From contig JBMNFL010000001.1 of assembly GCA_050949315.1 (NCBI GenBank), positions 192,001 to 256,000 of the forward strand: DNA of 64,000 nt, written 5' to 3'. The notes under the pieces were generated by a model. The model did not search any database. It saw only the letters and a program-made list of their open reading frames with translations, and was not told where the DNA came from. The stretch comes from Bacilli bacterium. Its GTDB lineage: Bacteria; Bacillota_I; Bacilli_A; RFN20; UBA1709. Shown here piece after piece: positions 1 through 8,714 of this stretch. The position numbers were made by a program, and so were the translations under genes. Position 1 is the stretch's first letter. Each line of letters opens with the position of its first letter.

Positions 1-164
1 GCTTATTGTAATTTACATGGTCTTTGGGCCTGTTAAGAACAATTTAAAAAACGATTTTTATTAAACCCGTTTGGTAAACGGGTTTTTAAATTTTAAGTGA
101 CAGATTTTTTTGACAATTAATAAGGCCTTTGTTATAATACTGCCGAAAAAGAGGTGGTTGCCTA

Positions 165-1178
165 GTGGAAGGCGATGGGAGTAGTATACGCTGGTTCCTG
201 TACATCGTTCTAGGTTTATTGGTCTTGTTAGGTGGCCTTTTTGCTGCCGCCGAGACCGCCTATGCTTACTGTAATAAAACACGCTTTAAAACAAGAGCTG
301 AAAATAATGATCGCTCGGCCAAGAGAGTCCAATTTATTTTGGATCATTTTGATAATGCTTTGACTACTGTTTTAATAGGTACCAATATTTGTCACATTGT
401 TCTATCGACTTTAGCGACGGTTTTAGCGATTGCTATTATGGGTGAGATAGGTTCTTTAGTGGCCACCATTACCGTTACCATCGTGGTTTTCTTATTTAGT
501 GAAATCCTACCAAAAAATATTGCGCGGGCCAATGCTGACAAACTAGCAGAATTTTTGGCAGTTCCTTTAAAGGCCTTGATTTATTTATTTAAACCCTTAG
601 CTCTTATTCTCATCAGTCCCTTTAATTGGTTACTAAATAAAATAGTTAAGGATGAAGATTTAGATTATACCGAGGAGGATTTACAGGCCATTGTGGAAAC
701 CATTGAAGAAGAGGGCGTTTTGGATGAAGATGAAAGTCATCTTATCCAATCGGCCATTGAATTTGATGATGTTCCCGTAACGGCTGTTTATACCCCCTTA
801 GATAAGTTAGTGGCGATTGATGCCAATACTGGGCGAGAAGAGGTTATCAATTTACTTTTATCAGAAAATAGATACTCCCGAATTCCCGTTTACCGCGATA
901 ATTTAGAAAATATTATCGGTATTTTACATGTCCGTACTTGCTTAAAGGAGTTATTAATTCGGCCAAATATTTCGCTGACATCTCTGATGAGCAAGCCTTA
1001 TACTGTAAGTCCTACTACTAAACTCGATGACCTTTTAGAGGGCTTTAGTAGCAAGAAAACCCACATGGCGGTGGTTATACATAAAAATAAAACCCTAGGC
1101 ATTATCACTATGGATGATGTTTTAAGAGAACTGATCGGTGATATTTTAGAGCCAACTGAAGAAGGTGAGAAGCAATGA
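165..1178 (+). CDS. CNNM/DUF21 + CBS domain (HlyC/CorC-family) membrane protein
   Basis: N-terminal TM segments with FAAAETA motif, LFSEILPKNIA, CBS pair (YSRIPVY, GIITMDDVLRELIG); lacks the C-terminal CorC domain. Confidence 0.85.
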   Translation: MEGDGSSIRWFLYIVLGLLVLLGGLFAAAETAYAYCNKTRFKTRAENNDRSAKRVQFILDHFDNALTTVLIGTNICHIVLSTLATVLAIAIMGEIGSLVATITVTIVVFLFSEILPKNIARANADKLAEFLAVPLKALIYLFKPLALILISPFNWLLNKIVKDEDLDYTEEDLQAIVETIEEEGVLDEDESHLIQSAIEFDDVPVTAVYTPLDKLVAIDANTGREEVINLLLSENRYSRIPVYRDNLENIIGILHVRTCLKELLIRPNISLTSLMSKPYTVSPTTKLDDLLEGFSSKKTHMAVVIHKNKTLGIITMDDVLRELIGDILEPTEEGEKQ

Positions 1179-2446
1179 AAGATGTTATCTTAATCATTAG
1201 TTTGCTCTTGCTTTTATTATTATCAGCGTTCTTTTCAGGTAGTGAGATTGCCTATGCCAGTTGTAATAAAATCCGTTTAAAGAATAATGCTGAGAAAAAA
1301 GTAAGGAATGCTGTTTTAGCCTACAGGATTTCTAATGACTTCCCCACGATGATTTCGGCGATTTTACTGGGGAATAATCTAGTTAATATTGCCGCTTCTT
1401 CTATTGCAACCTTGCTCTTTGCAGCTTATTATGGTCCTAAACTTGGCCCAACTTTAGCGGTAATTGTCATGACCGTTTTAATCTTACTCCTCGGAGAGAT
1501 CCTACCGAAGTTATTTGCCAAAAGAAAAGCTAATGCTTTGGTTTACATTTTAGCCAAACCGCTACGTTTCTTCTGTATTATTTTTAAACCCTTGGCTTGG
1601 GTGGTAACAAAATTAGTTGAATTGATTTCACCCTTGTGGAGCAGTAAAGAAAAAATCCCCTCGGTTACCGATGAGGAATTAGTGAATATTGTAGAGACGA
1701 TTGAGGATGAAGGGGTAATTGATGAACACAAGAGTGACCTTATCATCTCGGCTATTCGTTTTTCCGATGTTGATGCCTATGAGATCATGGTTCCGCGGGT
1801 GGATGTCGTAGCATTAGATATTGAAGATGCTCTTGAAAAGCTGGTTCCTAACAGTGAGTATCTCAATTATTCATATTTACCCATCTACGAAGGAACGATT
1901 GATAATATCCTAGGTATCATCAGTACCAAAGAGATTATGCGCTTATTGATCAAAAAAGAGGCCATTGATGTGAAAGCCCTGTTAATTGAGCCTTTATATG
2001 TTCATAGGACCAAGGCGATTGATGAATTAATCAAGGAAATGGATAGCAGCAAAATTCATATGGCGATTGTCGTCGATGAATTTGGCGGTTTTGATGGCAT
2101 TGTCACATCTGAAGATATTTTAGAAGAGTTGGTTGGGGAAATTTGGGACGAAAAGGATAAAGTTGAGTTGGAATATATTGAAAAAGAAGAGGGTATTTAT
2201 ATTGTTGATGGTGATATGAATATCTATGATTTCTTTGAACTTGTCGGTTTAAATAGTTATGACTTTAGTTCTGAATATGCGACAGTAGGTGGTTGGGTTA
2301 CCGAAGTTTTAGAACGCTTCCCTGCTGAGAAAGATCAGTTTGAATATAAGAATCTGCTTATCACTGTTTTAGCGGTTGATGATGTGCGGGTAGAAAAAAT
2401 CAGGGCTGAAGTCAAGTCTGAAAATAATCAAAATAAAGAAGAATAA
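1175..2446 (+). CDS. CNNM/DUF21-CBS-CorC hemolysin-family transporter
   Basis: FFSGSEIA, GEILPK, VVDEFGGFDGIVTSEDILEELVGEIWDE and a C-terminal CorC/HlyC domain; ATGA overlap with the upstream paralog. Confidence 0.9.
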   Translation: MKDVILIISLLLLLLLSAFFSGSEIAYASCNKIRLKNNAEKKVRNAVLAYRISNDFPTMISAILLGNNLVNIAASSIATLLFAAYYGPKLGPTLAVIVMTVLILLLGEILPKLFAKRKANALVYILAKPLRFFCIIFKPLAWVVTKLVELISPLWSSKEKIPSVTDEELVNIVETIEDEGVIDEHKSDLIISAIRFSDVDAYEIMVPRVDVVALDIEDALEKLVPNSEYLNYSYLPIYEGTIDNILGIISTKEIMRLLIKKEAIDVKALLIEPLYVHRTKAIDELIKEMDSSKIHMAIVVDEFGGFDGIVTSEDILEELVGEIWDEKDKVELEYIEKEEGIYIVDGDMNIYDFFELVGLNSYDFSSEYATVGGWVTEVLERFPAEKDQFEYKNLLITVLAVDDVRVEKIRAEVKSENNQNKEE

Positions 2447-2468
2447 AAGATGTCTACAGACATCTTTT
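2445..2468. terminator. Bidirectional intrinsic terminator
   Basis: aaaagatgtct-ac-agacatctttt perfect hairpin between convergent genes. Confidence 0.8.
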
Positions 2469-3193
2469 TATTTACGAATAGCTGGGTGTTTTCTTCTATC
2501 AATTAGGAGAATTAAACTATAAACTATCGCCCCGAGTAAGGCCATGGCTAAGTCTAGTATCGTATCGGTAAGACCTAAGTCAAGATAGCCAGGTAAAAAG
2601 CGACCATTAATACTGACAATAACAATATCTTCAATGCTACCAACGGTTTTGCCGTCCCCTAGGAAATAGGAATGAATGCTATTGACCCAGCAATCTTTTT
2701 GCATATCGGTTTTAAGCAAGTGGTCACAGCCGTACTCGATAAATTCCCAAAGCACCGAAAGGGCAAGAGCCATTGAAATACCAAAAAAGAGTTTAACGAG
2801 AATAGTTGATTTATTAGGTTTATTTAAGAAATCCATAAAGTAGGTAGCTAAAAGGGCGATGGTAAAACCGCCACAGGCGTGAAGCATACTATCCCACCAA
2901 AAAAACTCATCATAAAACCTGTAACTATGGCCTAGTAAAACAGCGACCATATAAAGGCTTAAGAAAAGATAGAAGGGATAACTAAGACGGCGCTTAGTAA
3001 CAAGTTCTATCAAACTAGGAAACAAAGCTAAGAAAAGATAGATAATGGCTAGGAGCAAACGGTCAACTGAAGCGTTTAAGGCTAGATAGACAATAGAGAA
3101 GAGAGCAAAGGCTTCCGTTAGTCCTAGTAGAATTAAGCGAAAGTAGAATTCTTTTTTTGTTAAACTCTTATAATATTTTTTCATGTTCATCAC
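2468..3193 (-). CDS. Multi-pass membrane protein (DUF2238/YjdF-like)
   Basis: Several hydrophobic helices; WWDSMLH, LWEFIEY and DTILDL motifs typical of this membrane family. Confidence 0.55.
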   Translation of the reverse strand: MMNMKKYYKSLTKKEFYFRLILLGLTEAFALFSIVYLALNASVDRLLLAIIYLFLALFPSLIELVTKRRLSYPFYLFLSLYMVAVLLGHSYRFYDEFFWWDSMLHACGGFTIALLATYFMDFLNKPNKSTILVKLFFGISMALALSVLWEFIEYGCDHLLKTDMQKDCWVNSIHSYFLGDGKTVGSIEDIVIVSINGRFLPGYLDLGLTDTILDLAMALLGAIVYSLILLIDRRKHPAIRK

Positions 3194-3273
3194 CGAAACT
3201 AGTTTATTCTATGTGTAAGAAAAGTGCAAGCAGATTAAAGTGTAAAAAGGTTGAAATTTTAAGGAATAAAGGC

Positions 3274-3302
3274 TTGACTATCTAGAAGTATAATGTTATA
3301 TT
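3274..3302 (+). promoter_or_regulatory. SigA-type promoter of the infC operon
   Basis: TTGACT (3274-3279), 17-bp spacer, extended TG then TATATT (3297-3302). Confidence 0.65.
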
Positions 3303-3327
3303 AAATGAGCAAAAACGAAGAGTTGTG

Positions 3328-3431
3328 AAAAGTAGAGGCACCCGCTTCTCACCTGATTGCGCATAGCTTTGGGTAAATGGTCATAGCAGTATTATGATTG
3401 AATATGTACGGGTGCACAGCACTCGTTTTTC
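3328..3431 (+). ncRNA. L20 leader (infC-rpmI-rplT autoregulatory RNA)
   Basis: agtagaggcacccgcttctcacctg matches the Firmicutes L20 leader; gcacccg (3338-3344) can pair with cgggtgc (3409-3415), which alternatively forms the terminator cgggtgc-aca-gcactcg-ttttt. Confidence 0.85.
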
Positions 3432-3456
3432 TTTAAATTTTTAGGAGGTGTCGCTT

Positions 3457-4014
3457 ATCTTATCAGCAGGATATGGTCCTTACAACCAAAAACCCGTTAG
3501 GGAAAATGAAGATCTCGTTAATAATTTAATTCGTTTCCCCGAGGTGCTTTTGATTGACAGCAATGGTCAATCACTAGGCATCAAAAGTCGAAATGAAGCT
3601 TTGAGAATTGCGGAAGAAGCTAATTTAGATTTACTTTGTGTGGCGCCAATGGCTAAACCACCAGTTTGCAAGATTGTCGACTATGGTAAATATCGCTTTG
3701 AGCAGCAAAAGAAAGCGCGAGAAATCAAGAAAAAACAAAAGATTATCGAAACTAAAGAGGTGCGTTTCACACCTCAAACGGATAAACACGACCTTGAAGT
3801 CAAGGCTAGGGCCGCCATTGAGTGGCTACAGGCGGGCAATCGGGTCAAAGTAACTGTGCGTTTTAGAGGGCGACAACTGTCGCATTTAGAAATTGGTGAA
3901 GAGAATCTTCAAAACTTCATTGAATTAGTTAAGGATTATGCGATTGTTGAAAAGAACCCTACCGTTGAAGGCCGCAATATGTTTGCCTTCCTCGGACCTA
4001 AAAAGGACAAATAG
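3457..4014 (+). CDS. infC: Translation initiation factor IF-3 (probable non-canonical ATC start)
   Basis: [37 protein letters not shown]; SD AGGAGG at 3443-3448 lies 8 nt before in-frame ATC 3457, whereas the ORF-track GTG overlaps the SD. Confidence 0.95.
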   Translation: MLSAGYGPYNQKPVRENEDLVNNLIRFPEVLLIDSNGQSLGIKSRNEALRIAEEANLDLLCVAPMAKPPVCKIVDYGKYRFEQQKKAREIKKKQKIIETKEVRFTPQTDKHDLEVKARAAIEWLQAGNRVKVTVRFRGRQLSHLEIGEENLQNFIELVKDYAIVEKNPTVEGRNMFAFLGPKKDK

Positions 4015-4028
4015 GAGGAGTATTTATT

Positions 4029-4229
4029 ATGCCCAAAATGAAAACTAAAAAGGCCGCTGCCAAACGTTTTAAGATTACTGGCACGGGCAAGTTAATGCGT
4101 AAACGGGCCTATAGGCAACACGATGCCTGGGCCAAGAGCAAAAAGCAAAGAAGGCAGGCAGCGAAATCTGTTCGCCTGCACAAAAGCGATCAGAAGAGAT
4201 CTAAAAAACTCTTCCCTGGTCAACTTTAA
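4029..4229 (+). CDS. rpmI: 50S ribosomal protein L35
   Basis: [21 protein letters not shown]; located between infC and rplT. Confidence 0.97.
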   Translation: MPKMKTKKAAAKRFKITGTGKLMRKRAYRQHDAWAKSKKQRRQAAKSVRLHKSDQKRSKKLFPGQL

Positions 4230-4245
4230 AAGGGAGGAATGAAAT

Positions 4246-4605
4246 ATGGCAAGAGTAAAACGTGGTTACAGTACCCGGCGTTATCGCAATAAAGTTTTAA
4301 AATTAGCTCGGGGCTACTTTGGTTCTAGACATCGTCTTTTTAGGACCGCTAATCAATCGGTGATGCGGGCTTGGTCTTACGCATACCGCGATCGTCGTAC
4401 TAAGAAGAGAGATTTTAGAAAACTTTGGATCACTAGAATTAATGCGGCCTGCAATCAATTAGGTCTTTCCTACAGTCAGTTCATGCATGGCTTGAAGTTA
4501 GCCAAGGTCGATATCAATCGCAAGATGTTAGCCGAGTTAGCCATTCACGATAGTCCGACTTTCACTCAGTTAGTCGATAGTGCGAAGAAGGCTTTAGCTA
4601 AGTAA
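4246..4605 (+). CDS. rplT: 50S ribosomal protein L20
   Basis: MARVKRG...[24 protein letters not shown]. Confidence 0.98.
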   Translation: MARVKRGYSTRRYRNKVLKLARGYFGSRHRLFRTANQSVMRAWSYAYRDRRTKKRDFRKLWITRINAACNQLGLSYSQFMHGLKLAKVDINRKMLAELAIHDSPTFTQLVDSAKKALAK

Positions 4606-4639
4606 AGAGAGGTTGGTAATAGTTACCGACCTTTTTTTT
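4606..4639 (+). terminator. Intrinsic terminator after rplT
   Basis: aggttggtaa-tag-ttaccgacct followed by a T run. Confidence 0.75.
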
Positions 4640-4695
4640 ATCTAGTAAAAAGATGGGAATAATGTTAAAATTAAAAGCAAATTGGAGGGATAGTT

Positions 4696-5184
4696 ATGGA
4701 GTTTTCGGACTTATATTCTTTACAGGAAGGCTTGGATCGGGAAATCCATCAAAAGCATGAGACTAATTATCGAAAGACCATGAGTAGGCGTATCTTGGCT
4801 TTCATTATCGAATTAGGGGAATTTGCCAATGAAACGCGTTGCTTTAAATATTGGAGTTTAAAAGGACCATCCAAGAAGGAATGTATTCTTGAAGAATATG
4901 TTGATGCCTTACATTTTCTTTTATCGTTAGGACTAGCCATCGGCTATGAGCGTAGCACAAGTTTTAAAGTTGAGGTTACGACTAAAGATTTAAGTGAAGC
5001 GATTTTAGGCTGCTATGAACAAGCCCTTTACTTTAAAAATAACATTTCTTTTTCAGCCTATAGAAAGCTGTTTGAAAGCTTTTTAGCCATCGCCCTCTTA
5101 CTAGATTTTAAAGAAGAGGAGATAAAGAGTGCTTACTATCAAAAAAATCAAGTCAATCATCAAAGGCAAGCGGAGAATTATTAA
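4696..5184 (+). CDS. Dimeric (all-alpha) dUTPase
   Basis: ELGEFANETRCFKYWS, LEEYVDALHFLLSLG, KNQVNHQRQ motifs of the dUTPase_2 family. Confidence 0.88.
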   Translation: MEFSDLYSLQEGLDREIHQKHETNYRKTMSRRILAFIIELGEFANETRCFKYWSLKGPSKKECILEEYVDALHFLLSLGLAIGYERSTSFKVEVTTKDLSEAILGCYEQALYFKNNISFSAYRKLFESFLAIALLLDFKEEEIKSAYYQKNQVNHQRQAENY

Positions 5185-5189
5185 AACGG

Positions 5190-5852
5190 ATGGAAAAAAT
5201 CGAACTTAACGGTCAGGTATTTGAATATGAGGTTCTTCGTAAGAAGATTAAAAACATCTATATTCGTTATCGCGACGAGCGTTTTGTAGTTACCGCTCCT
5301 AAAAGAGTAGCCGCAACTGAGATCATTGCCCTTTTTAAAAAGAATGAAGCGAATTTACTGAAGTATATTAAGCGTTTTAATGAGCGCAAGAAATTCAGTT
5401 ATGAAGAGGGGCAGGTAAAGACGATTTTAGGAGAGGAGTATCGTCTTTGTTATGGTACGAAAACTGGTTTAGTTAATCACGATTTATATCTAAATCGCGC
5501 TAATCCCAAGAAAGCCCTTTTAAATTTTGTTAAAGCACCGCTTTTAACTTATTTAGAAAAACGGGTTAGTTATTGGCATTTAAAGATGTATGGGGATCAA
5601 AACATTCCTACTTTAAGGGTCAAAAGTGTTCGCTCTTATTTTGGTCAATATGACTGGAAAAAGCAGGTCATCAGTTTTAATAGCATTCTAGCATTTGCTC
5701 CCTTTGAACTTATTGATTATGTCATTGTCCATGAGTTGTGTCATTTGCGTTATCGTGATCATCAAAAGGAGTTTAAGGCTTTGCTTTATAAGTTTATGCC
5801 TGATTATAAAATCCGTAAGGCCCGTTTAAAAAAGGAGGTTGCAGTTCTGTGA
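5190..5852 (+). CDS. YgjP/DUF45 (M48-like) metal-dependent hydrolase
   Basis: IDYVIVHELCHL (HExxH) followed by H..F; N-terminal RKKIKNIYIR..VVTAP. Confidence 0.85.
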   Translation: MEKIELNGQVFEYEVLRKKIKNIYIRYRDERFVVTAPKRVAATEIIALFKKNEANLLKYIKRFNERKKFSYEEGQVKTILGEEYRLCYGTKTGLVNHDLYLNRANPKKALLNFVKAPLLTYLEKRVSYWHLKMYGDQNIPTLRVKSVRSYFGQYDWKKQVISFNSILAFAPFELIDYVIVHELCHLRYRDHQKEFKALLYKFMPDYKIRKARLKKEVAVL

Positions 5853-6592
5853 AAATAAGTTCTACTCAAAATGAAATGATTAAGGCGCTTGCTAAATTAA
5901 AAACGAAGAAAGCGCGAGAACAGCAGCAGCGTTTCCTTTTGGAAGATGTGGACCTTTTAAAAGAGGCTTTGGCCTTGAATTTAGTGGAAACTATTTGCTA
6001 TGTGGGGAAGTTCCCATCTTTAGATGGGGTTAAAATGCAGGAAGTTAGTGAGAATGTTTTAAAGAAGCTTTCCACTTTAAAAAGTCCAGGAAACTTTGTG
6101 GCGGTTTGTAAAATGCCAGTAAGTACAAAAGAAGGTAATTATGTCATCGCCTTAGATGGGCTGCAAGATCCAGGGAATGGGGGAACGATTTTAAGAAGTG
6201 CGCTAGCCTTTGGCTTTGAAGAAATATTAATTTCCAGTTCTTCTTTTGATATCTATAATGAAAAATTTATTCGCGCAACTAAAGGGGCTTTTTTCCACTT
6301 ACCAATTAAAAGGTTAGATTTGCTAGAAGAACTTAAAAAAAGAAAGATGGCTGGTTATGAACTCATCGCTTTGATGCCGGATGAGCAGGCAAAGGCTTTA
6401 GCTGATTTAAAGGTAAGTTCAAAAATGGTTATAATTGTTGGTAGTGAAGGTCAAGGGATAAGTAAAGAGATTGCATCCTTAGCTAAGCAAAAGATAGTAA
6501 TTCCCATTGCTAAAAAGATGGAGTCCTTAAATGCGGCGGTGGCCGCGGCTATTAGTATGTATGAGGTGCAGCAAAAAAGGGGTAAAGAATAG
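5849..6592 (+). CDS. TrmH/SpoU family RNA methyltransferase (YsgA-like)
   Basis: LDGLQDPGNGGTILRSALAFG, VGSEGQG, ESLNAAVAA SPOUT motifs. Confidence 0.92.
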   Translation: MKISSTQNEMIKALAKLKTKKAREQQQRFLLEDVDLLKEALALNLVETICYVGKFPSLDGVKMQEVSENVLKKLSTLKSPGNFVAVCKMPVSTKEGNYVIALDGLQDPGNGGTILRSALAFGFEEILISSSSFDIYNEKFIRATKGAFFHLPIKRLDLLEELKKRKMAGYELIALMPDEQAKALADLKVSSKMVIIVGSEGQGISKEIASLAKQKIVIPIAKKMESLNAAVAAAISMYEVQQKRGKE

Positions 6593-6599
6593 GTTTCAA

Positions 6600-6626
6600 T
6601 ATTGTTGCTCAAATTCTTTTTTGGTT
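6600..6626 (+). repeat. Left copy of imperfect 27-bp direct repeat bounding the trmH-pheS insert
   Basis: tattgttgctcaaattcttttttggtt vs tattgatgtttaaattcttttttggtt at 18872-18898 (24/27 identical). Confidence 0.55.
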
Positions 6627-6737
6627 TAAGTTAAGTTCAAAAAAAGATGCTATAATTTCCATACAATTAGCGTTTTTTTGTTATGATAAATTTGTGTTTT
6701 TGAATATTCGATGATTGGTAAATTGCATCTCAAAAAT

Positions 6738-6939
6738 TGTTCAAATAATGTGAGACAAAATTAATAAAAAAACAGGCATTTTATCTATAATAAAGTTACA
6801 CCAAGATACAACAATTTACCTGTGCTTGTTTTTAATTTTAAAACACCTAATGAAGTGGAACTTGAAAAGTAATTGAATTGGTTCAAACTGCTGGTGAGAC
6901 AAGATGTAAGAAATGTCTCACATCATTTGCAACCTAACA
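6738..6939 (+). mobile_element. Internally deleted, decayed derivative (MITE-like) of the resident IS481-like element
   Basis: About 65 bp matching the IS left end (caaataatgtgagacaaaattaataaaaa..ggcattttatctataat) fused to about 135 bp matching the right end (agatacaacaatttacct...gtctcacatcatttgcaacctaaca); no transposase. Confidence 0.9.
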
Positions 6940-7058
6940 ATATTTGGATATAAATTAAAAAAACATAAGTTTTACATACACAAAATAAAATTATATGATA
7001 TCATTATAGACGGACTTGTAAGTTTTTATTATCAAATTGCGAAAGGACCTTTCTATAC

Positions 7059-8144
7059 ATGAGTAATCAGCTTTTCAATAATCAAAATAAACCTGAGCAA
7101 CAACAACTAATTGTGACGCATCATTATGTTCATAGAAGGGCAATGTTTTATTCTTTTTCATCCTTTTTTGTTTCGGTAATTGTGCCATTAGTTTTAAATA
7201 TCGTTATGGTTATTATCAAAGATGAAATGTTAAGAACTATTTTTTCTTTTGTTGCAATATTATTAGTTATTTTAAACGTAATAATAAGAAGCACTTTGGA
7301 TAAAGTTAAGTATTATGCAGCACAAGTTAAGCAAAAATTTGATTTAAACGTTTTTGATTTTAGTAACAAGTTTGGGTTTAATGAAGAAGTTGTTGAAAAA
7401 GAAATTAAAAGGTATCGCAACAAAAAATTAAAACGAACTAGAGATATATATCAGGACTATACTCATTTAAGTAAAAATGAGGCAACCTTTCTTTATCAAA
7501 GAGATAATATTGAACAGATTGAAACGGTAGTTAAAAAATTTAAAATTTTAATTAGTATAATTACAATTATCGTTGGTATAGTCTTTATGTTAAGTTTCAT
7601 CATTGATGATATTACAATGTCGTATGCTATTTCGATACTAGTAAACGCTATACCCTTGATAACGTATGTAGTTATGGGATTTAGTAAAATGGCCTACGAT
7701 GATGACTTGTTATCGGAAATAAAAAATTATTCTTCTAAAATCAAGTTTTTATGTAAACAAAGCGGGAAAATAAGTATCAAACTAATTGAAAATTTACAAT
7801 GGATGCTATTCCATTATAAGAAAAATCAAATATTTATTCCCATTTGGTTTGAACATGCCTTTTATAAACAACGATCAATTACTACTGAGATGCAAGAAAA
7901 CAATCAAAAGCCTATAAAACAAGTTAAAAAAGCCCCTAAAAAAAATATTAATCAACAAGCGATAAAAGAAACTGTTCCTGAAATCAAAAAAACAATTAAA
8001 GAAGAAATAAAAAAACCTAAACCACAGATCAAAAAGGTTGCCAAAAAAGAGACGTCAAAAATGACTACCCCCAATAATAAAAAAGTACCCAAAAAAAGCG
8101 GGGGAAATAAAAAAGTAAGTGCCTCAAAAACGAGAACAAAATAA
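7059..8144 (+). CDS. S-4TM (SMODS-associated 4TM) effector-like membrane protein with Lys-rich C-terminal tail
   Basis: N-terminal LFNNQN..EQ, two TM helices, AAQVKQKFDLNVF motif, YQRDN, two further TM helices and IPIWF fit the S_4TM architecture as recalled; very AT-rich gene. Confidence 0.6.
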   Translation: MSNQLFNNQNKPEQQQLIVTHHYVHRRAMFYSFSSFFVSVIVPLVLNIVMVIIKDEMLRTIFSFVAILLVILNVIIRSTLDKVKYYAAQVKQKFDLNVFDFSNKFGFNEEVVEKEIKRYRNKKLKRTRDIYQDYTHLSKNEATFLYQRDNIEQIETVVKKFKILISIITIIVGIVFMLSFIIDDITMSYAISILVNAIPLITYVVMGFSKMAYDDDLLSEIKNYSSKIKFLCKQSGKISIKLIENLQWMLFHYKKNQIFIPIWFEHAFYKQRSITTEMQENNQKPIKQVKKAPKKNINQQAIKETVPEIKKTIKEEIKKPKPQIKKVAKKETSKMTTPNNKKVPKKSGGNKKVSASKTRTK

Positions 8145-8219
8145 TAGTGATAATGTAGATTTGTAACGCGTGTTGCATTTGGTTTGTAAATAGCACCTCA
8201 AATATCAGTCAAGTATAAC

Positions 8220-8267
8220 TTGACTTTTTGTGTCGGGAGGGGGTACAATTTAAATACGTAAATTGTA
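8220..8267 (+). promoter_or_regulatory. Putative SigA promoter with overlapping palindrome upstream of the giant surface protein gene
   Basis: TTGACT 8220-8225, 18-bp spacer, TACAAT 8244-8249; inverted repeat tacaattta-N6-taaattgta at 8244-8267. Confidence 0.5.
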
Positions 8268-8302
8268 AACAAATTTTAAAATCTGCATTATGGAGGGTAT
8301 TT

Positions 8303-8714
8303 ATGGTTAAGGGTAAATTGTTGGGCATCTCGCTGGCATTTCTCACAATTGTATTAGCGGCCCTGTTTGCGTTCCTTTTACTAAGGGGAAACTACACTTT
8401 AAATGAAAAAGTAGTTGCAAACAAAAATGATGAGATTGTGACTGTGTTAGTTGATGATTATGTTCGGAAAAACAAGGACAGTTTTTTTAGAGCATCTAAT
8501 TGTAAGGTTACTATCTTAGATGGTGATAAAGATGTGACTGAAACTTTCTTTGAAGATTTTAAAACAGAAGACAATGTTTTGAATAAAAGATATGAAAATA
8601 AGGTCTACACCTTTAAGATCAAGGGGCTGTTTCTTGATAAGGAAGTTAAATTTAAATTTTCTTATGAGGATTACCGAATAATCAATAGAGATGGAACTCC
8701 CGTAGATTATTTTA
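8303..8714 (+). pseudogene. 5' part (membrane anchor) of the IS-interrupted giant surface protein gene
   Basis: SD ggaggg before ATG 8303; MVKGKLLGISLAFLTIVLAALFAFLLL TM segment; reads ...DGTPVDYF and then runs into the IS end. Confidence 0.85.
8690..8714 (+). repeat. 25-bp target site duplication, left copy
   Basis: gatggaactcccgtagattatttta, identical to 9835-9859. Confidence 0.95.
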
